A stretch of DNA of 54,413 nucleotides from Myxococcota bacterium. GTDB taxonomy: Bacteria > Myxococcota > Myxococcia > Myxococcales > Myxococcaceae. Made by a program: the position numbers and the translations under genes. Below the pieces are notes generated by a model. That model ran no database searches, was not told where the DNA came from, and saw only the letters and a list, made by a program, of their open reading frames with translations. The stretch spans positions 1 to 54,413 of the forward strand of contig JBMORE010000181.1 of the NCBI GenBank assembly GCA_049322255.1. The letters are read 5' to 3'. Below, in pieces: positions 1 to 9,608 of this stretch; the first letter of the stretch is position 1; every line of letters begins with the position of its first letter.

Positions 1-169
1 CCCAATGATAACGCGTCTAGAGCAATGGTCGCTCTTCCCCTTCTTCACCAGGTCGCCCGGTTCTTGGTGGCGGCACTCCAGCGGTGCGGGGCGGCACGGG
101 CCTCCGACTCTCCAACTCCACGCCCGTCACGCTCTCGGAGGTCGCCGAATCACCGGACCGCGTTCTAGC

Positions 170-331
170 TTACGAGCGCATGTCCAGTGGCTCGAGGGAC
201 ACGTAGCGAAGGGTCGGAAACGCTGCCTGGCACGACGTCGTCTTCCCGGACTGCCGTGGCCCTGTCACCGTGACCGTCGGGTATAACGACGCGGCTTCAG
301 TCAGCGGCCGGGCGAGGTCACGCGAAATCAT
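170..331 (-). pseudogene. Truncated AAA_14/DUF4143-family ATPase (N-terminal 53 aa only)
   Basis: MISRDLARPL...TVTVTGPRQSGKTT (Walker A)...YVSLEPLD, then stop. This is the typical N-terminus of ~400-aa DUF4143 ATPases; no Walker B follows. Confidence 0.8.
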
Positions 332-334
332 GAA

Positions 335-366
335 CCGATTGTGAGCAGCACTCTCAATTGGAGCAA
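335..366 (-). promoter_or_regulatory. Putative leaderless sigma70-type promoter with palindromic operator for the ATPase fragment
   Basis: Minus strand TTGCTC-17 nt-CACAAT-6 nt-ATG. Imperfect inverted repeat CCGATTGTGAG-cagca-CTCTCAATTGG (335-361, 9/11 pairs). Confidence 0.55.
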
Positions 367-380
367 ACGGGGCTTCAGGC

Positions 381-1004
381 ATGGTGGAGCGCTTCGATGG
401 ATGGATTCACGAGCTCGGCGCGGCGGGCTACCTCCTGCTCGGGTTGGCGGCGCTGCTCGAGTACCTCTGTCCTCCGCTCCCCGGGGACACCCTCGTCGTC
501 CTCGGCGGCGTCTACGCGGTGCGCGGGGAGAGGTCGTGGGCGCTGGTGTTCGCCGCGACGTTGATCGGCAGCGTGGGAGGCGCCGCCCTCAACTACGCCT
601 TCGGTCGCTTTCTGGCCACCCGCCTCGAGCGGCGCGGCCAGCTTCCGTTCGGGCTTTCTCACCAGCGGCTCGAAGGGCTGCAAAAGCGCATGCGCACCCA
701 AGGTGGGCCCCTCATTCTCTTCAACCGTTTCATGCCCGCGGTGCGCGCCCTGGTGTTCGTGGCGGCTGGAGCGGCGCGCATGCCGATGGGCAAGGTGCTC
801 GCCTTGGGGGCGCTCTCCGCTTCCGCCTGGAACCTCATCGTGCTCGCGCTGGGGATTGCGGTGGGAGGAAACGCCGAGCGCCTCGAGCGTCTGGTCCTCG
901 GTTATCAAGAGGTGGTGCTGTTGCTCTTCGCCGCCGTCGGCGTGCTCCTGCTCCTGCGTCACCTCTGGTTCCGCCGCCGGTCCACCCGAGGAGGTGAGCG
1001 GTGA
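381..1004 (+). CDS. DedA family membrane protein
   Basis: LEYLCPPLPGD, YAFGR and FNRFMPAVRALV...AGAARM motifs; several hydrophobic helices. Confidence 0.9.
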   Translation: MVERFDGWIHELGAAGYLLLGLAALLEYLCPPLPGDTLVVLGGVYAVRGERSWALVFAATLIGSVGGAALNYAFGRFLATRLERRGQLPFGLSHQRLEGLQKRMRTQGGPLILFNRFMPAVRALVFVAAGAARMPMGKVLALGALSASAWNLIVLALGIAVGGNAERLERLVLGYQEVVLLLFAAVGVLLLLRHLWFRRRSTRGGER

Positions 1005-3082
1005 CGTGGCGGCGTCGAAGATTCCTCGCGGTGGGAGTGTGGCTCGCCGCCCTTGCTTGCCGGTGCGACCCCCTCATCGGTGGAGTGGAAGTGGGCTTTC
1101 GCGTCGATGGCTCGCCCATCGACTTCGGCAAGGCCTTGCAGGGCACCCAGGTGTCGCGCCTGGTGACGCTCTCGAGCACCGGGCGCGCGGCGCTCACCGT
1201 GGCGGTGGCCACCGAGGGCCCCTTCACCGCTCCCGCCGAGGTGGTGGTACCCGGCGGAGCTGAAGCGGCGCTGGAGGTGGTCTTCACCGCCGGCGACGGA
1301 CCTGCCGAAGGGAAGCTTTTGCTCACCGCCAACGAGAGGACCCTTGCCATCGACCTTCGGGGGCGAGGCGTACCCGTGCCGCCGTGCATTCCCTCCGCTC
1401 CTTGCCGCGAGGCGCGCTTCGAGCTGGAGAGCGAAGCGTGCGTCGAGTCGGTGGTGGTCGACGGCGCCGCCTGCCGCCCCGACAGCGAGTGCCTGGAGAA
1501 CGGGCTGTGCCAGTCGGGCGTGTGCGTGGGTTCGCCCCGTTCGTGCGATGACGCCAACCGCTGCACCACCGACGCGTGTGCCGAAGGGTTGGGCTGTGTG
1601 CACTCTCCGGTGAGCTGCCCAGCGAGCGGCAACCCCTGCCAGGTGCCGGTGTGCGAGCCGCTGAGTGGATGCGCCCAGGCGCCGGCGATGGACGGCACCC
1701 TGTGCGGCTCGGTCGATTGCACCACCGCCCACCTGTGCATCGGGGGAGCGTGCCAGGTGCTCCCCACGCCCGACGGCTTCGTCTGCGCGCCGGCCACCCC
1801 CTGCCAAGGGGAAGGGAAGTGTCTCGCCCAGCAATGTGTGCGGCCGGATGCCGGCGAGCTTCTCCCGGCGCATGCGGTGATGCTGCCGGCGGCGCGCGAG
1901 GGAAGGCTTCGGCCCATCGCTCACAACGGCAACCTCTTCTGGTCGATGTGCGCCGAGCCGTCCGCCTCCGACGCCGGTTGCCGGCTGACGTCCTACACCG
2001 GCAGCGGTTTCTTGCGCTTCGACGTACCGCACGCCGACGAGCGCGCGCGCCAGGTGGTGAACGTCTCCGCCGACGGCGTCTTGGTGCTCGCCAGTGACGC
2101 GCTGGAGGCCTACGCCGCTGGAAACGGGAGCCTCTTGTGGTCGGCGCCTTTTGCCTCGCTGCGCCCCGATGCCGGCGTGGAGGGGCGCTCCTCGGTCGAG
2201 GCGGTGGCGCGCCTGGTGGATGGTGGCTACCTCGCCGCCATCCATTGGTCGGCGAAAGAGTCGGCCGACGGAGGGTGGGTGCCTTCACGCAGCGCGAGCG
2301 TTGCTCGTTTCGACGCCGACGGAGGGGCGGTGGAGCTGGCCTTCCTCGCTGATGCGGGCGCCCAACCCCTCGCCGCCGTCGACGAGTTGGGGCGCCTCTT
2401 TCTCTACGACCCAACCGGTCCCCTCACCCGGGTGCATTTCGACGGCGGCGAAGCGGCGCTCCAGGTGCTCGCCGATGTGCCCGGGCTTCGCTCGCTGGCA
2501 GCGGCCAACGGCGCGCTCGTCGCTGGGGCCCAGCATCTCTTCGACGCCGACGGGGGCGTGCACGGAACGCTCGCGGGGATGGACGATGCTGGCCAGGCAC
2601 TCTTTTTTCTTCCTGAGCTTCTGTTGTCTGGTCCCCGCGGCTACGGTTTTTATCGGCGTTGCTTGGCTCCCTTTGGACCGGCTTGCACGCAGGACGAGAA
2701 GGCCACTTTCCTGCGCGCCTTCGTACCCACTGACGGAGGCGTCTTGTGGGAGACGAAAATCCTCCCCGAAGGTGCACCGGGGCGATTGGAGGAGGCCGCG
2801 CTGGTGTCCGGGGGAGCGGTGGTGACGTTCACCGAGGTCGAGCTCGATGGCGGCCGTCAGGCGCACGTCCAGCTCTTTGCCCAGGGCAAGCGGGTTTTCG
2901 TCTGCCCGCTGGTGCCCGGTGCGCACTTGCAAGGCGCGGTGTTCGAGCGCGGCTTTCTCCACGCCGCGGTGGAGCGCGACGGCGGCTGGCGGGTGGAGAC
3001 GTACGACTTGCAGATGCTCCCCTTGGAGAGTCTCGGTTGGCCGCAGCGCGACGGCGTCTCCGGCGAGCGGCGCGCGCGCTGA
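1001..3082 (+). CDS. Secreted Cys-rich (tenascin/EGF-like repeat) lipoprotein with Ig-like N-domain and probable beta-propeller C-domain
   Basis: GTGA overlap with DedA and GGAGG RBS. Lipoprotein-type signal (LAALAC), CDDANRCTTDAC-type Cys repeats, beta-rich C-terminal half. Confidence 0.7.
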   Translation: MTWRRRRFLAVGVWLAALACRCDPLIGGVEVGFRVDGSPIDFGKALQGTQVSRLVTLSSTGRAALTVAVATEGPFTAPAEVVVPGGAEAALEVVFTAGDGPAEGKLLLTANERTLAIDLRGRGVPVPPCIPSAPCREARFELESEACVESVVVDGAACRPDSECLENGLCQSGVCVGSPRSCDDANRCTTDACAEGLGCVHSPVSCPASGNPCQVPVCEPLSGCAQAPAMDGTLCGSVDCTTAHLCIGGACQVLPTPDGFVCAPATPCQGEGKCLAQQCVRPDAGELLPAHAVMLPAAREGRLRPIAHNGNLFWSMCAEPSASDAGCRLTSYTGSGFLRFDVPHADERARQVVNVSADGVLVLASDALEAYAAGNGSLLWSAPFASLRPDAGVEGRSSVEAVARLVDGGYLAAIHWSAKESADGGWVPSRSASVARFDADGGAVELAFLADAGAQPLAAVDELGRLFLYDPTGPLTRVHFDGGEAALQVLADVPGLRSLAAANGALVAGAQHLFDADGGVHGTLAGMDDAGQALFFLPELLLSGPRGYGFYRRCLAPFGPACTQDEKATFLRAFVPTDGGVLWETKILPEGAPGRLEEAALVSGGAVVTFTEVELDGGRQAHVQLFAQGKRVFVCPLVPGAHLQGAVFERGFLHAAVERDGGWRVETYDLQMLPLESLGWPQRDGVSGERRAR

Positions 3083-3093
3083 TGGCGAAGTGG

Positions 3094-3744
3094 TCAGCGT
3101 GAGCCGACGAACAAGACGACTCCCAGCTGCACGCGGTTTGGTCCTGGCAGCGCGATATTCTGACCGCTCCATGTGTGCAGGTAAGTCACCTGTGGCATCA
3201 GCGAGAAGTCATCGAAACGAAAGGCGATGCCGAAAGAGCCCCCACCGTGAACGAAGCTGCTCCGGCCGAACCAAAGCTCGTAGGCGCAGCGTGGCGCGAG
3301 GACGATTTGGTGTCGATCGCCGACGTTCACGCCGACCAGAAGCGGTAGCTGCGCGGTGAAGGTTTCGATGTTCGGCGCGAAATCACCTCCGTCTAGGAAG
3401 TCGAGGCCGTAACCCGCACTGGGTGCCACTGCGAGGTCGAAACCTTCGTAGTCCGTGCGGGCCTGCAGAAGCTGGACTTTGAGGTCCAGCTCTGCCCGCG
3501 CCAGAGGCTCGAGCTCGACGCCGACTTCGAGGCGCTCGCTGAGTCCGCGCCGAATCATGACGCTCAAGGTTGGCAGAACCGGAGCGAACGCGGAGGAAGG
3601 GGAAACGGGAAAGCCGCTGGTCATCGTGGGAGCGACTGCGAATCTCCATTCCCCGGCCGGGATCGTTCGCGGCAACGTCAGCGTTTGGTACGACGTGCAG
3701 CCGAGCGTGACTGCAAGTCCCAGCGCGAACCAACGCAGGCTCAT
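3094..3744 (-). CDS. Hypothetical lipoprotein, probable outer-membrane beta-barrel
   Basis: MSLRWFALGLAVTLGC lipobox and alternating beta-strand pattern ending VQLGVVLFV. The ATG overlaps the PilZ stop (ATGA), so the real start is shorter than the ORF track. Confidence 0.65.
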   Translation of the reverse strand: MSLRWFALGLAVTLGCTSYQTLTLPRTIPAGEWRFAVAPTMTSGFPVSPSSAFAPVLPTLSVMIRRGLSERLEVGVELEPLARAELDLKVQLLQARTDYEGFDLAVAPSAGYGLDFLDGGDFAPNIETFTAQLPLLVGVNVGDRHQIVLAPRCAYELWFGRSSFVHGGGSFGIAFRFDDFSLMPQVTYLHTWSGQNIALPGPNRVQLGVVLFVGSR

Positions 3745-4052
3745 CGACGGTCGCCGTAGGACTCGCGGAACAGCTCGTAGAACTCGTTGGCGATGCCGGT
3801 GAAGCGCACCCCGGCGCGGCCGCGCACCGACATGCGGGGGTCTCCCGCGCGCGACCAACTCACCTCTCCGGTGAAGGGAAAGTCGCGGCCGCCGAGCGAG
3901 ATGCTGCCGCACACCTGCGCGCCGGTACGCGGCACCTGCATCATCTCGATGGCGAAGCCGCCGGGGGAGACGTCGGCGGTGAACGCGGGAAGCTTGCCGC
4001 CGAGGGAGATTTTGAGCCGCCGCCGTTGTCTGGGCACGAAGCGTTTGTTCAT
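3741..4052 (-). CDS. Stand-alone PilZ domain protein (c-di-GMP receptor candidate)
   Basis: RFVPRQRRR (RxxxR), DVSPGGF (DxSxGG), GEVSW and GVRF motifs. Confidence 0.85.
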   Translation of the reverse strand: MNKRFVPRQRRRLKISLGGKLPAFTADVSPGGFAIEMMQVPRTGAQVCGSISLGGRDFPFTGEVSWSRAGDPRMSVRGRAGVRFTGIANEFYELFRESYGDRR

Positions 4053-4150
4053 GGCGCCAATAAGGCTGGCACAGCCTGTCGCGCCCGCCAGTTTTCGTCA
4101 GCATGCCGCCCAACCGCGAAACAGACTCATCACCAATAGGTCCGACGGAT

Positions 4151-4190
4151 TTTACATGCGGTCATATTACGCTGTAATTTAACCGCATGT
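4151..4190 (+). promoter_or_regulatory. Leaderless promoter overlaid by a 37-bp palindrome (putative autoregulatory operator)
   Basis: TTTACA-18 nt-TAATTT-6 nt-ATG. ACATGCGGT-cat-ATTAC-gct-GTAAT-tta-ACCGCATGT (4154-4190, 15/18 pairs) includes the start codon. Confidence 0.7.
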
Positions 4191-5338
4191 GGAAAAGAGG
4201 CCTGGCTGAGATTCTGCGCGGCAGCGGCCACAGCGTCCTTCTGCTTGGGCCGAGGCAGGTGGGCAAGTCGACGCTGATGGCGTCGCTGAGCCCGGACCTG
4301 ACGGTCAACCTGGCGCGGGAGTCGATCTTCCTCGATTTGGCGGCCAACCCCCGCGCGCTCGAGGAGCGGATTCTCGCCCGGCACGAGTCGAGGCTCACGG
4401 TCTTCATCGATGAGGTCCAACGACTGCCCTCGCTCCTCAACACCGTTCAGGCGTTGCTCGACGAGCAACCAGGGCGCTTCCGGTTCCTTCTCACCGGGTC
4501 GAGTGCTCGCAAACTAAGGCGGGGGAATGCCAACCTCCTGCCCGGGCGAGTGCATGCCTACTCGCTGGGCGCGATGGTGGCGCGCGAGCTGGCCTATCGG
4601 CTGCCCACGCGCCAGGCGCTCTCGACTGGCGCTCTCCCAGGAGTCTTGGGGCACCCCCGCGATGAGACTCGCCGCAAGACGCTCTCCTCCTACGCATCCA
4701 TCTATCTTCGCCAAGAGATCCAGGCCGAAGCGCTCACGCGTGAAATCGAAGGCTTCGCTCGGTTCATCACCGCCGCCGGCGAGTGGTCTGGGCGCTTCCT
4801 TGACTTGAGCAAGCTCGCCCAGGCGGCGCAGGCACCGCGCACGTCGGTGGTCCGGTGGATGGAGGTGTTGGAGGACACCCTGCTCGTTCGCCGAGTCGAA
4901 CCCTTCGCGAAGAGCGCCACGCGCCGCCTGGTGCAGCACCCGAAGCTGTTCTTCTTCGATGTCGGAGTATGGAACGGGCTCTTGAGAAACTTCGAGCTCT
5001 CCGCCGACCGCATCGGCCTGCTGTTCGAGCACCTGGTGTGCCAGCAACTGTTCGACGGAGCAGCGGCGATCGACACCCCCATTCGCGTCGCGACGTTTCG
5101 CACCGAGCACGGAGCCGAAGTCGACTTCGTCGTCGAGTTGGCCACCTCCGTGTGGGCGATTGAGCTCAAGGCGTCGCACACCGTCGCGGGAAGCGACCTC
5201 ACAGGCCTGCGGCGATTTGCCGACTATTATGGGCGCAAGCACAAACCTCGGCTCTGGTACCTGGGCACCGAACGTCGGCGAGTCGGTGGCATCGATGTCC
5301 TACCGTGGCAGGAGGGGCTAAGGGAGCTAGGGCTTTGA
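4187..5338 (+). CDS. AAA_14 ATPase with DUF4143 / PD-(D/E)xK-like C-terminus
   Basis: GPRQVGKST Walker A, FIDEVQ Walker B, LTGSS, LLPGR, PKLFFFDVG, EVDFV...AIELK. Confidence 0.9.
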   Translation: MWKRGLAEILRGSGHSVLLLGPRQVGKSTLMASLSPDLTVNLARESIFLDLAANPRALEERILARHESRLTVFIDEVQRLPSLLNTVQALLDEQPGRFRFLLTGSSARKLRRGNANLLPGRVHAYSLGAMVARELAYRLPTRQALSTGALPGVLGHPRDETRRKTLSSYASIYLRQEIQAEALTREIEGFARFITAAGEWSGRFLDLSKLAQAAQAPRTSVVRWMEVLEDTLLVRRVEPFAKSATRRLVQHPKLFFFDVGVWNGLLRNFELSADRIGLLFEHLVCQQLFDGAAAIDTPIRVATFRTEHGAEVDFVVELATSVWAIELKASHTVAGSDLTGLRRFADYYGRKHKPRLWYLGTERRRVGGIDVLPWQEGLRELGL

Positions 5339-5339
5339 C

Positions 5340-8300
5340 TTACGCCAGCTGGTCGCCGACGTTGTCGTCGACCCACAGCGCTTCGAAGCGCACCTGAGGC
5401 GGCGTCAGGTGCAGCCGCAGCCCCTGCACCGCGGGGCTGAACGCGGCGTAGATGCGCTCGTGGTAGAGCGGCACCAGCACGCAGTCTTGGTGGTGCACCC
5501 GCTCAGCGCGGCGGTAGAGGGCTTGCCGCTGCTCGGGGTCGATGGACACCCGCGCCTCGCTGGTGAGCCGGTCGACCTCCTCGTTCTTGTAGCCCAGCCC
5601 GTAGACGTTCTGAGCGTTCGAGTTGAGCAGGAAGTGGAGGAAGTTGTCGGGGTCGGGGTAGTCGGCAATCCACCCGGAGCGAAAAGCGGGGATGCGTCCC
5701 TCGCGCTGCCGTTGCCAGTAGTCGCCCGCCTCCAGCGCCACGTGCGACACTTCGGCCAACCCCGCCGCCACCAACGGGTGGAAGAGCACCGCGTCTTCGG
5801 CCTCGGTGGCGCGGTCGGGTGGATAGAAGAGGGTGAGCCGTACCTTGGACAAGCCGGCCTCGGCCAAGAGCCTTCTGGCCAGGGGAAGGTCGGTGCGCGG
5901 CGGCACCAACTCGTCGGCGGTGAGCAGCTCGGGTGGAGTGAGCGAGCGGGCCACCTTGGCGCCGTGGTGAAAGCGTTCGACCATCGCGTGCACGTCGAGC
6001 CCGGCCCGAATCGCCTGGCGCACCCGCGCGTCGTGGAAGGGCGGCGTCTTCACGTTGAAGCCCAAAAACCAGCAGTTGGGGGTGGTGCCGGCGAGCACTT
6101 GGTGCCCATCGAGCTGCGCCGCCTCGAGCTGCTCGGCGTAAACACCGGAGACGAGCTCGATCTCGCGTGCCTTGAGCCGGCGCAGCGCCTCGGCGCGGTC
6201 GGTGTACAGGCGAAACTCCAGCCGGTCGAGCAGCGGCGCCTCGTTGCGAAAGTACGTCGGGTTGCGTTCGAGCACGATGCGCTCCCCTTCCATCGCCGCC
6301 AGCCGAAAGGGCCCGGTGCCCACGGGCCGGCCCGCGGCGTCGAGACGGGCAATCGCGGTGGGCGGCAGGGCGAGCAGCTGAAGGAAGAAGGCCTTGGGCT
6401 CGCGCAGGCGAATCTCCAGCGTGTGTTCATCGAGCACTTCGAGCCCGCTGACTTGGGGCGACTGGCCAGCGAGGAAAGCGCCAGCGCCTTCGAGCTCCTG
6501 AAGAATGGATTGCTCCGGCGAGTTCACCTTCGGGTCGAGCAGTCGCTCGAAGTGCGCCTTCACCTCGTGCGCGCTCAAGCGGCTGCCGTCGTGGAAGGTG
6601 ACGTTGCGGCGCAGGTAGATGCGGTAGCGGCGCGCCGAGGGGTCGGCATCCCAACGCTCGGCGAGCTCGGGGTGGAGCGCTCCGTCCTCCGAGCGCAAGA
6701 GCGGGTTGTAGAGGTTGGAGGTGATCTCCACCAGCTGCAGGTCGAGGGTGAAGAGCGGATCGAGCCCGCGGGTGGCCTCGAGCATCTTCGACTGGTGAAT
6801 GCCGACGCGTAAGGTGCCGCCGCGGCGGGCCGCCGGGAGACGGAAGCGGAAGACCTCGGCCTCCAGCCCGTTGGCCTCGTGAGACAGCTGGTCCACCGTG
6901 CGGGAGAGCGCGTCGGCGATGCGAATGACGGTGCGGGCGTCTTCGCGCACCTGGGCCACCTCCTCGGAGATGGCCGAGTCGCCCAAGGTGAGCACCTGGT
7001 TCGCCGAGCGGAGCTCGTCGATGGCCGAGGTGAGCCTCGACACCGCATCGGAGAGTTGGCGCCCGGTGCTTGCCTGGCCCTGCGCCTTCTCCGAGGCGGT
7101 CTCCGCCACCCGCGCCATCTCCTGGGTCTGTTTGGCGACCTCGCGGCCGCGCGCCGACTGCTCCACCGCGGCGTGGTTGACCTCCTCGATGAGGCGGGCG
7201 ACGCGGCGGCTGGCGGCAACCACCTCGTGCCCCTGTCCCTCCAGGCGGGCGGTCTCCGCCACCGTGCCCTCCACCGCGGAAAAGGTGCGCTGGGTGATGG
7301 CGCGAATCTCCTTGAGCGCTCCGGAGGCGCGGTCTCCCAGCCCGACGCCCGCGGTGGCCTGCTCGCGGCCCTCGCGCACCAGGTCGACCGCCGTCTCCAC
7401 CGCGTCGCGAACCGACTTCACCATGCCGGTGATTTCACGGGTGGAGCGCGCGGTGCGCTCGGCGAGGTTGCGAATCTCGTCGGCGACCACCCCGAAGGGG
7501 CGGCCCTGCTCACCCGCCTGGGCGGCGATGATTGCCGCGTTGAGGGCGAGCAGGTTGGTCTGGTCGGCAATCTCCTGAATGACGTCGACGATGCGGCCGA
7601 TCTCGATGGAACGCGCGCCCAGGGAGTCGACGAGCTCGGCGGTGCGGCGCACCGTCTCCTCGATGCGGTAGATGCCGCGCACGGTGTCAGCCACCAGCGC
7701 CTCGCCCTTTTGCGCCGTGGCGGTCACCTCGCGAGCGAGGTCGCCGGTCTCGTTGGCGCGGCGGCGCACCGAGTCGATGCCGCCCTCCACCGCGGAGACG
7801 AAGCTCTCGGCCTCGTGGGCGAAGCGGGCCAAGGCATCGCCCGAGGCGGCGATGGCGGTGAGCCGCTCGCTCATCTGCTGCACCCGCTCGCTCGTCTTGT
7901 GGGCGAAGTCGTCGAGCGTATCGAGCGCCTTGACCACTTGCTCCATGCGCTCGGTCATCTCCGAGAGCGCGCCGGTGGTGTCCTGGGCGAACGCTTCAAT
8001 CTGCTCCACGCGCTTTCCCGCCGCTTGCAGGCTCTCGCCCATCGCCCACACCGCGCCCAAGGAGCGGTCGACCGCTGCACCCTGGCGTCGCGCTCCCTCG
8101 AGCAGCTGCCGAGCCTGCGCCCCCACCTCGCGGCAGGTGTGGTGCACGTTGCCGGTGACGCGTTGCACCTGCGCCAGCGCGCGCCGCAAGGACTGCACCA
8201 GCCGGTTGAGCTCGACCTGGCCTTCGACGGGGTCCTTCAAGGTGAAGGTGAGGTCGCCCTGGGAGAGGCTGGAGACCAGGCGCAGCCGCGCGCGGGAGCG

Positions 8301-8492
8301 CCACTCGGCCCAGCGAAACCAGATGGCCCAGCCGCCGAAGGTGAAGGCGCCCATCGACGCGAGAACGACGACCGCCCACCCGTTCCATTCGGAAGGATGC
8401 CCGGTGACGAGGTACGAGGCCGAAGCGATGAGCGCCCCGGCCAAAAAGCCGCCACCGAGACCGAAGGCGAACAAGTACCGTCTGGAGCCCAT
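5340..8492 (-). CDS. Methyl-accepting chemotaxis protein fused to a C-terminal family-5 (oligopeptide/nickel) solute-binding domain
   Basis: Two N-terminal TM helices, HAMP-like GDLT...ELNRL, MCP hairpin [40 protein letters not shown]. Then SBP5 motifs [39 protein letters not shown]. Confidence 0.9.
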   Translation of the reverse strand: MGSRRYLFAFGLGGGFLAGALIASASYLVTGHPSEWNGWAVVVLASMGAFTFGGWAIWFRWAEWRSRARLRLVSSLSQGDLTFTLKDPVEGQVELNRLVQSLRRALAQVQRVTGNVHHTCREVGAQARQLLEGARRQGAAVDRSLGAVWAMGESLQAAGKRVEQIEAFAQDTTGALSEMTERMEQVVKALDTLDDFAHKTSERVQQMSERLTAIAASGDALARFAHEAESFVSAVEGGIDSVRRRANETGDLAREVTATAQKGEALVADTVRGIYRIEETVRRTAELVDSLGARSIEIGRIVDVIQEIADQTNLLALNAAIIAAQAGEQGRPFGVVADEIRNLAERTARSTREITGMVKSVRDAVETAVDLVREGREQATAGVGLGDRASGALKEIRAITQRTFSAVEGTVAETARLEGQGHEVVAASRRVARLIEEVNHAAVEQSARGREVAKQTQEMARVAETASEKAQGQASTGRQLSDAVSRLTSAIDELRSANQVLTLGDSAISEEVAQVREDARTVIRIADALSRTVDQLSHEANGLEAEVFRFRLPAARRGGTLRVGIHQSKMLEATRGLDPLFTLDLQLVEITSNLYNPLLRSEDGALHPELAERWDADPSARRYRIYLRRNVTFHDGSRLSAHEVKAHFERLLDPKVNSPEQSILQELEGAGAFLAGQSPQVSGLEVLDEHTLEIRLREPKAFFLQLLALPPTAIARLDAAGRPVGTGPFRLAAMEGERIVLERNPTYFRNEAPLLDRLEFRLYTDRAEALRRLKAREIELVSGVYAEQLEAAQLDGHQVLAGTTPNCWFLGFNVKTPPFHDARVRQAIRAGLDVHAMVERFHHGAKVARSLTPPELLTADELVPPRTDLPLARRLLAEAGLSKVRLTLFYPPDRATEAEDAVLFHPLVAAGLAEVSHVALEAGDYWQRQREGRIPAFRSGWIADYPDPDNFLHFLLNSNAQNVYGLGYKNEEVDRLTSEARVSIDPEQRQALYRRAERVHHQDCVLVPLYHERIYAAFSPAVQGLRLHLTPPQVRFEALWVDDNVGDQLA

Positions 8493-8554
8493 GGAGCGTC
8501 GCCGACCCTAGTCGAGCTTTGCGGCGGCGTCAGGTTCGCTTTCCCGAGCTTAGA

Positions 8555-9508
8555 ATGACGTTCGTGTGGATGGTGCTGGCGTTGGCAATGACCGCAGCTC
8601 CGGCCGAGCAGGCGAGCTTTCTCTTCGAGCTGCGGCACGTTCCAGTAGGGACTGTCCAGCTGAGCCTGTCAGGCCAGCGATATCGCTACCGCTCGCACCA
8701 GCTGTTCAGCCGAGGAGCACACCGGGGGGAGACGACGCAGGAGGCCTCGTTCGAGGTGGGCGCGCAAGGTCACCTGGCTGGGAAGGCGCTGATGCCCGAG
8801 GGACTGTGGCTGTGGCGTAGACGACCGATCGGTTGCAGCCGGGTGCGTGAGGAGCTGACGCGCATGGAGAAGGAAGCGTGCGTCGAGCGCTCGCAAGGGA
8901 GGGCCTCGTGGGGCATTCTCGGCGCACAACCCTTCGAGGCGCGGTACGACCTTCAGGGCCTCTTGGAGCGCCTGGTGCTCGGCGACGCCGTGTTCACCCG
9001 GGTCGCTGCTCCGCCGGGCCTTTCGCCCCCTGAGCTCTTCGGAAAGGGTTTTCCCGTCGAAGGGAGAGGAGGGCGCCTGGCGCTGTACCCCCGGGTCGAG
9101 CTCAGCCCGCGTGCGCCGCTGAAGCCGTTTCCTGTGGAGGAGGCTCGGGCGTTGGCCCAGCAGGTGCGCGCCTCGTTCGAGGTGCAGGCTCCTTCGTATG
9201 CCGATTTCGGCTCGGAGAAGGGCGCCCTGGTTGGCAGCTGTTTGGCGCACGCGCGGCGCTTCGTGCGCCTGGCGAAGGAGCGGGGACAGGAGGCAGAAGT
9301 GCTCTTGGGCCTGGTGGTCGACGGCGGGCGAGCCTACCCGCATGCCTGGGTGCGGTTGACCGACGAAGCCGGCCGAGCCCTCGAGCTGGATCCGACGTGG
9401 CTAGAACACGTGACGCCGGCGACGCACTTGGCCCTGGGCCCCGAGGGAGAGGCCGGCACGCTGTTCCTGGAGCTGTTGGCTGGAAGGGCCGACGTCGTGC
9501 GTCGATGA
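8555..9508 (+). CDS. Secreted transglutaminase-like (Cys-His-Asp) protein
   Basis: Signal peptide; GSCLAHA, LGLV...YPHAWV, ELDP triad. The start may be GTG 8564 (TAGAAT -10 lies 7 nt upstream). Confidence 0.75.
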   Translation: MTFVWMVLALAMTAAPAEQASFLFELRHVPVGTVQLSLSGQRYRYRSHQLFSRGAHRGETTQEASFEVGAQGHLAGKALMPEGLWLWRRRPIGCSRVREELTRMEKEACVERSQGRASWGILGAQPFEARYDLQGLLERLVLGDAVFTRVAAPPGLSPPELFGKGFPVEGRGGRLALYPRVELSPRAPLKPFPVEEARALAQQVRASFEVQAPSYADFGSEKGALVGSCLAHARRFVRLAKERGQEAEVLLGLVVDGGRAYPHAWVRLTDEAGRALELDPTWLEHVTPATHLALGPEGEAGTLFLELLAGRADVVRR

Positions 9509-9608
9509 CGACTCTTCGCGTGCGAGGAGACGCTGTAAACTGTTCGCTTCCAAACAGCGGCCTGCTAGCGTTTCACCCGCCTTTTCAACTCCCAAGGGGG
9601 AAGTCCAA

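Noticed and set aside
1..169. Possible gene at the window start
   Set aside because: No frame gives a recognisable protein or the continuation of the ATPase fragment.
4063..4082. Sigma54 promoter-like TGGCAC
   Set aside because: The GG-N10-GC spacing is not met.
8555..9508. Lasso peptide B2 peptidase / RiPP cluster
   Set aside because: It has a signal peptide, and no cyclase, RRE or precursor is nearby.
9509..9608. Cobalamin riboswitch before the TonB receptor
   Set aside because: Only 100 bp, with no B12-box-like sequence recognised.
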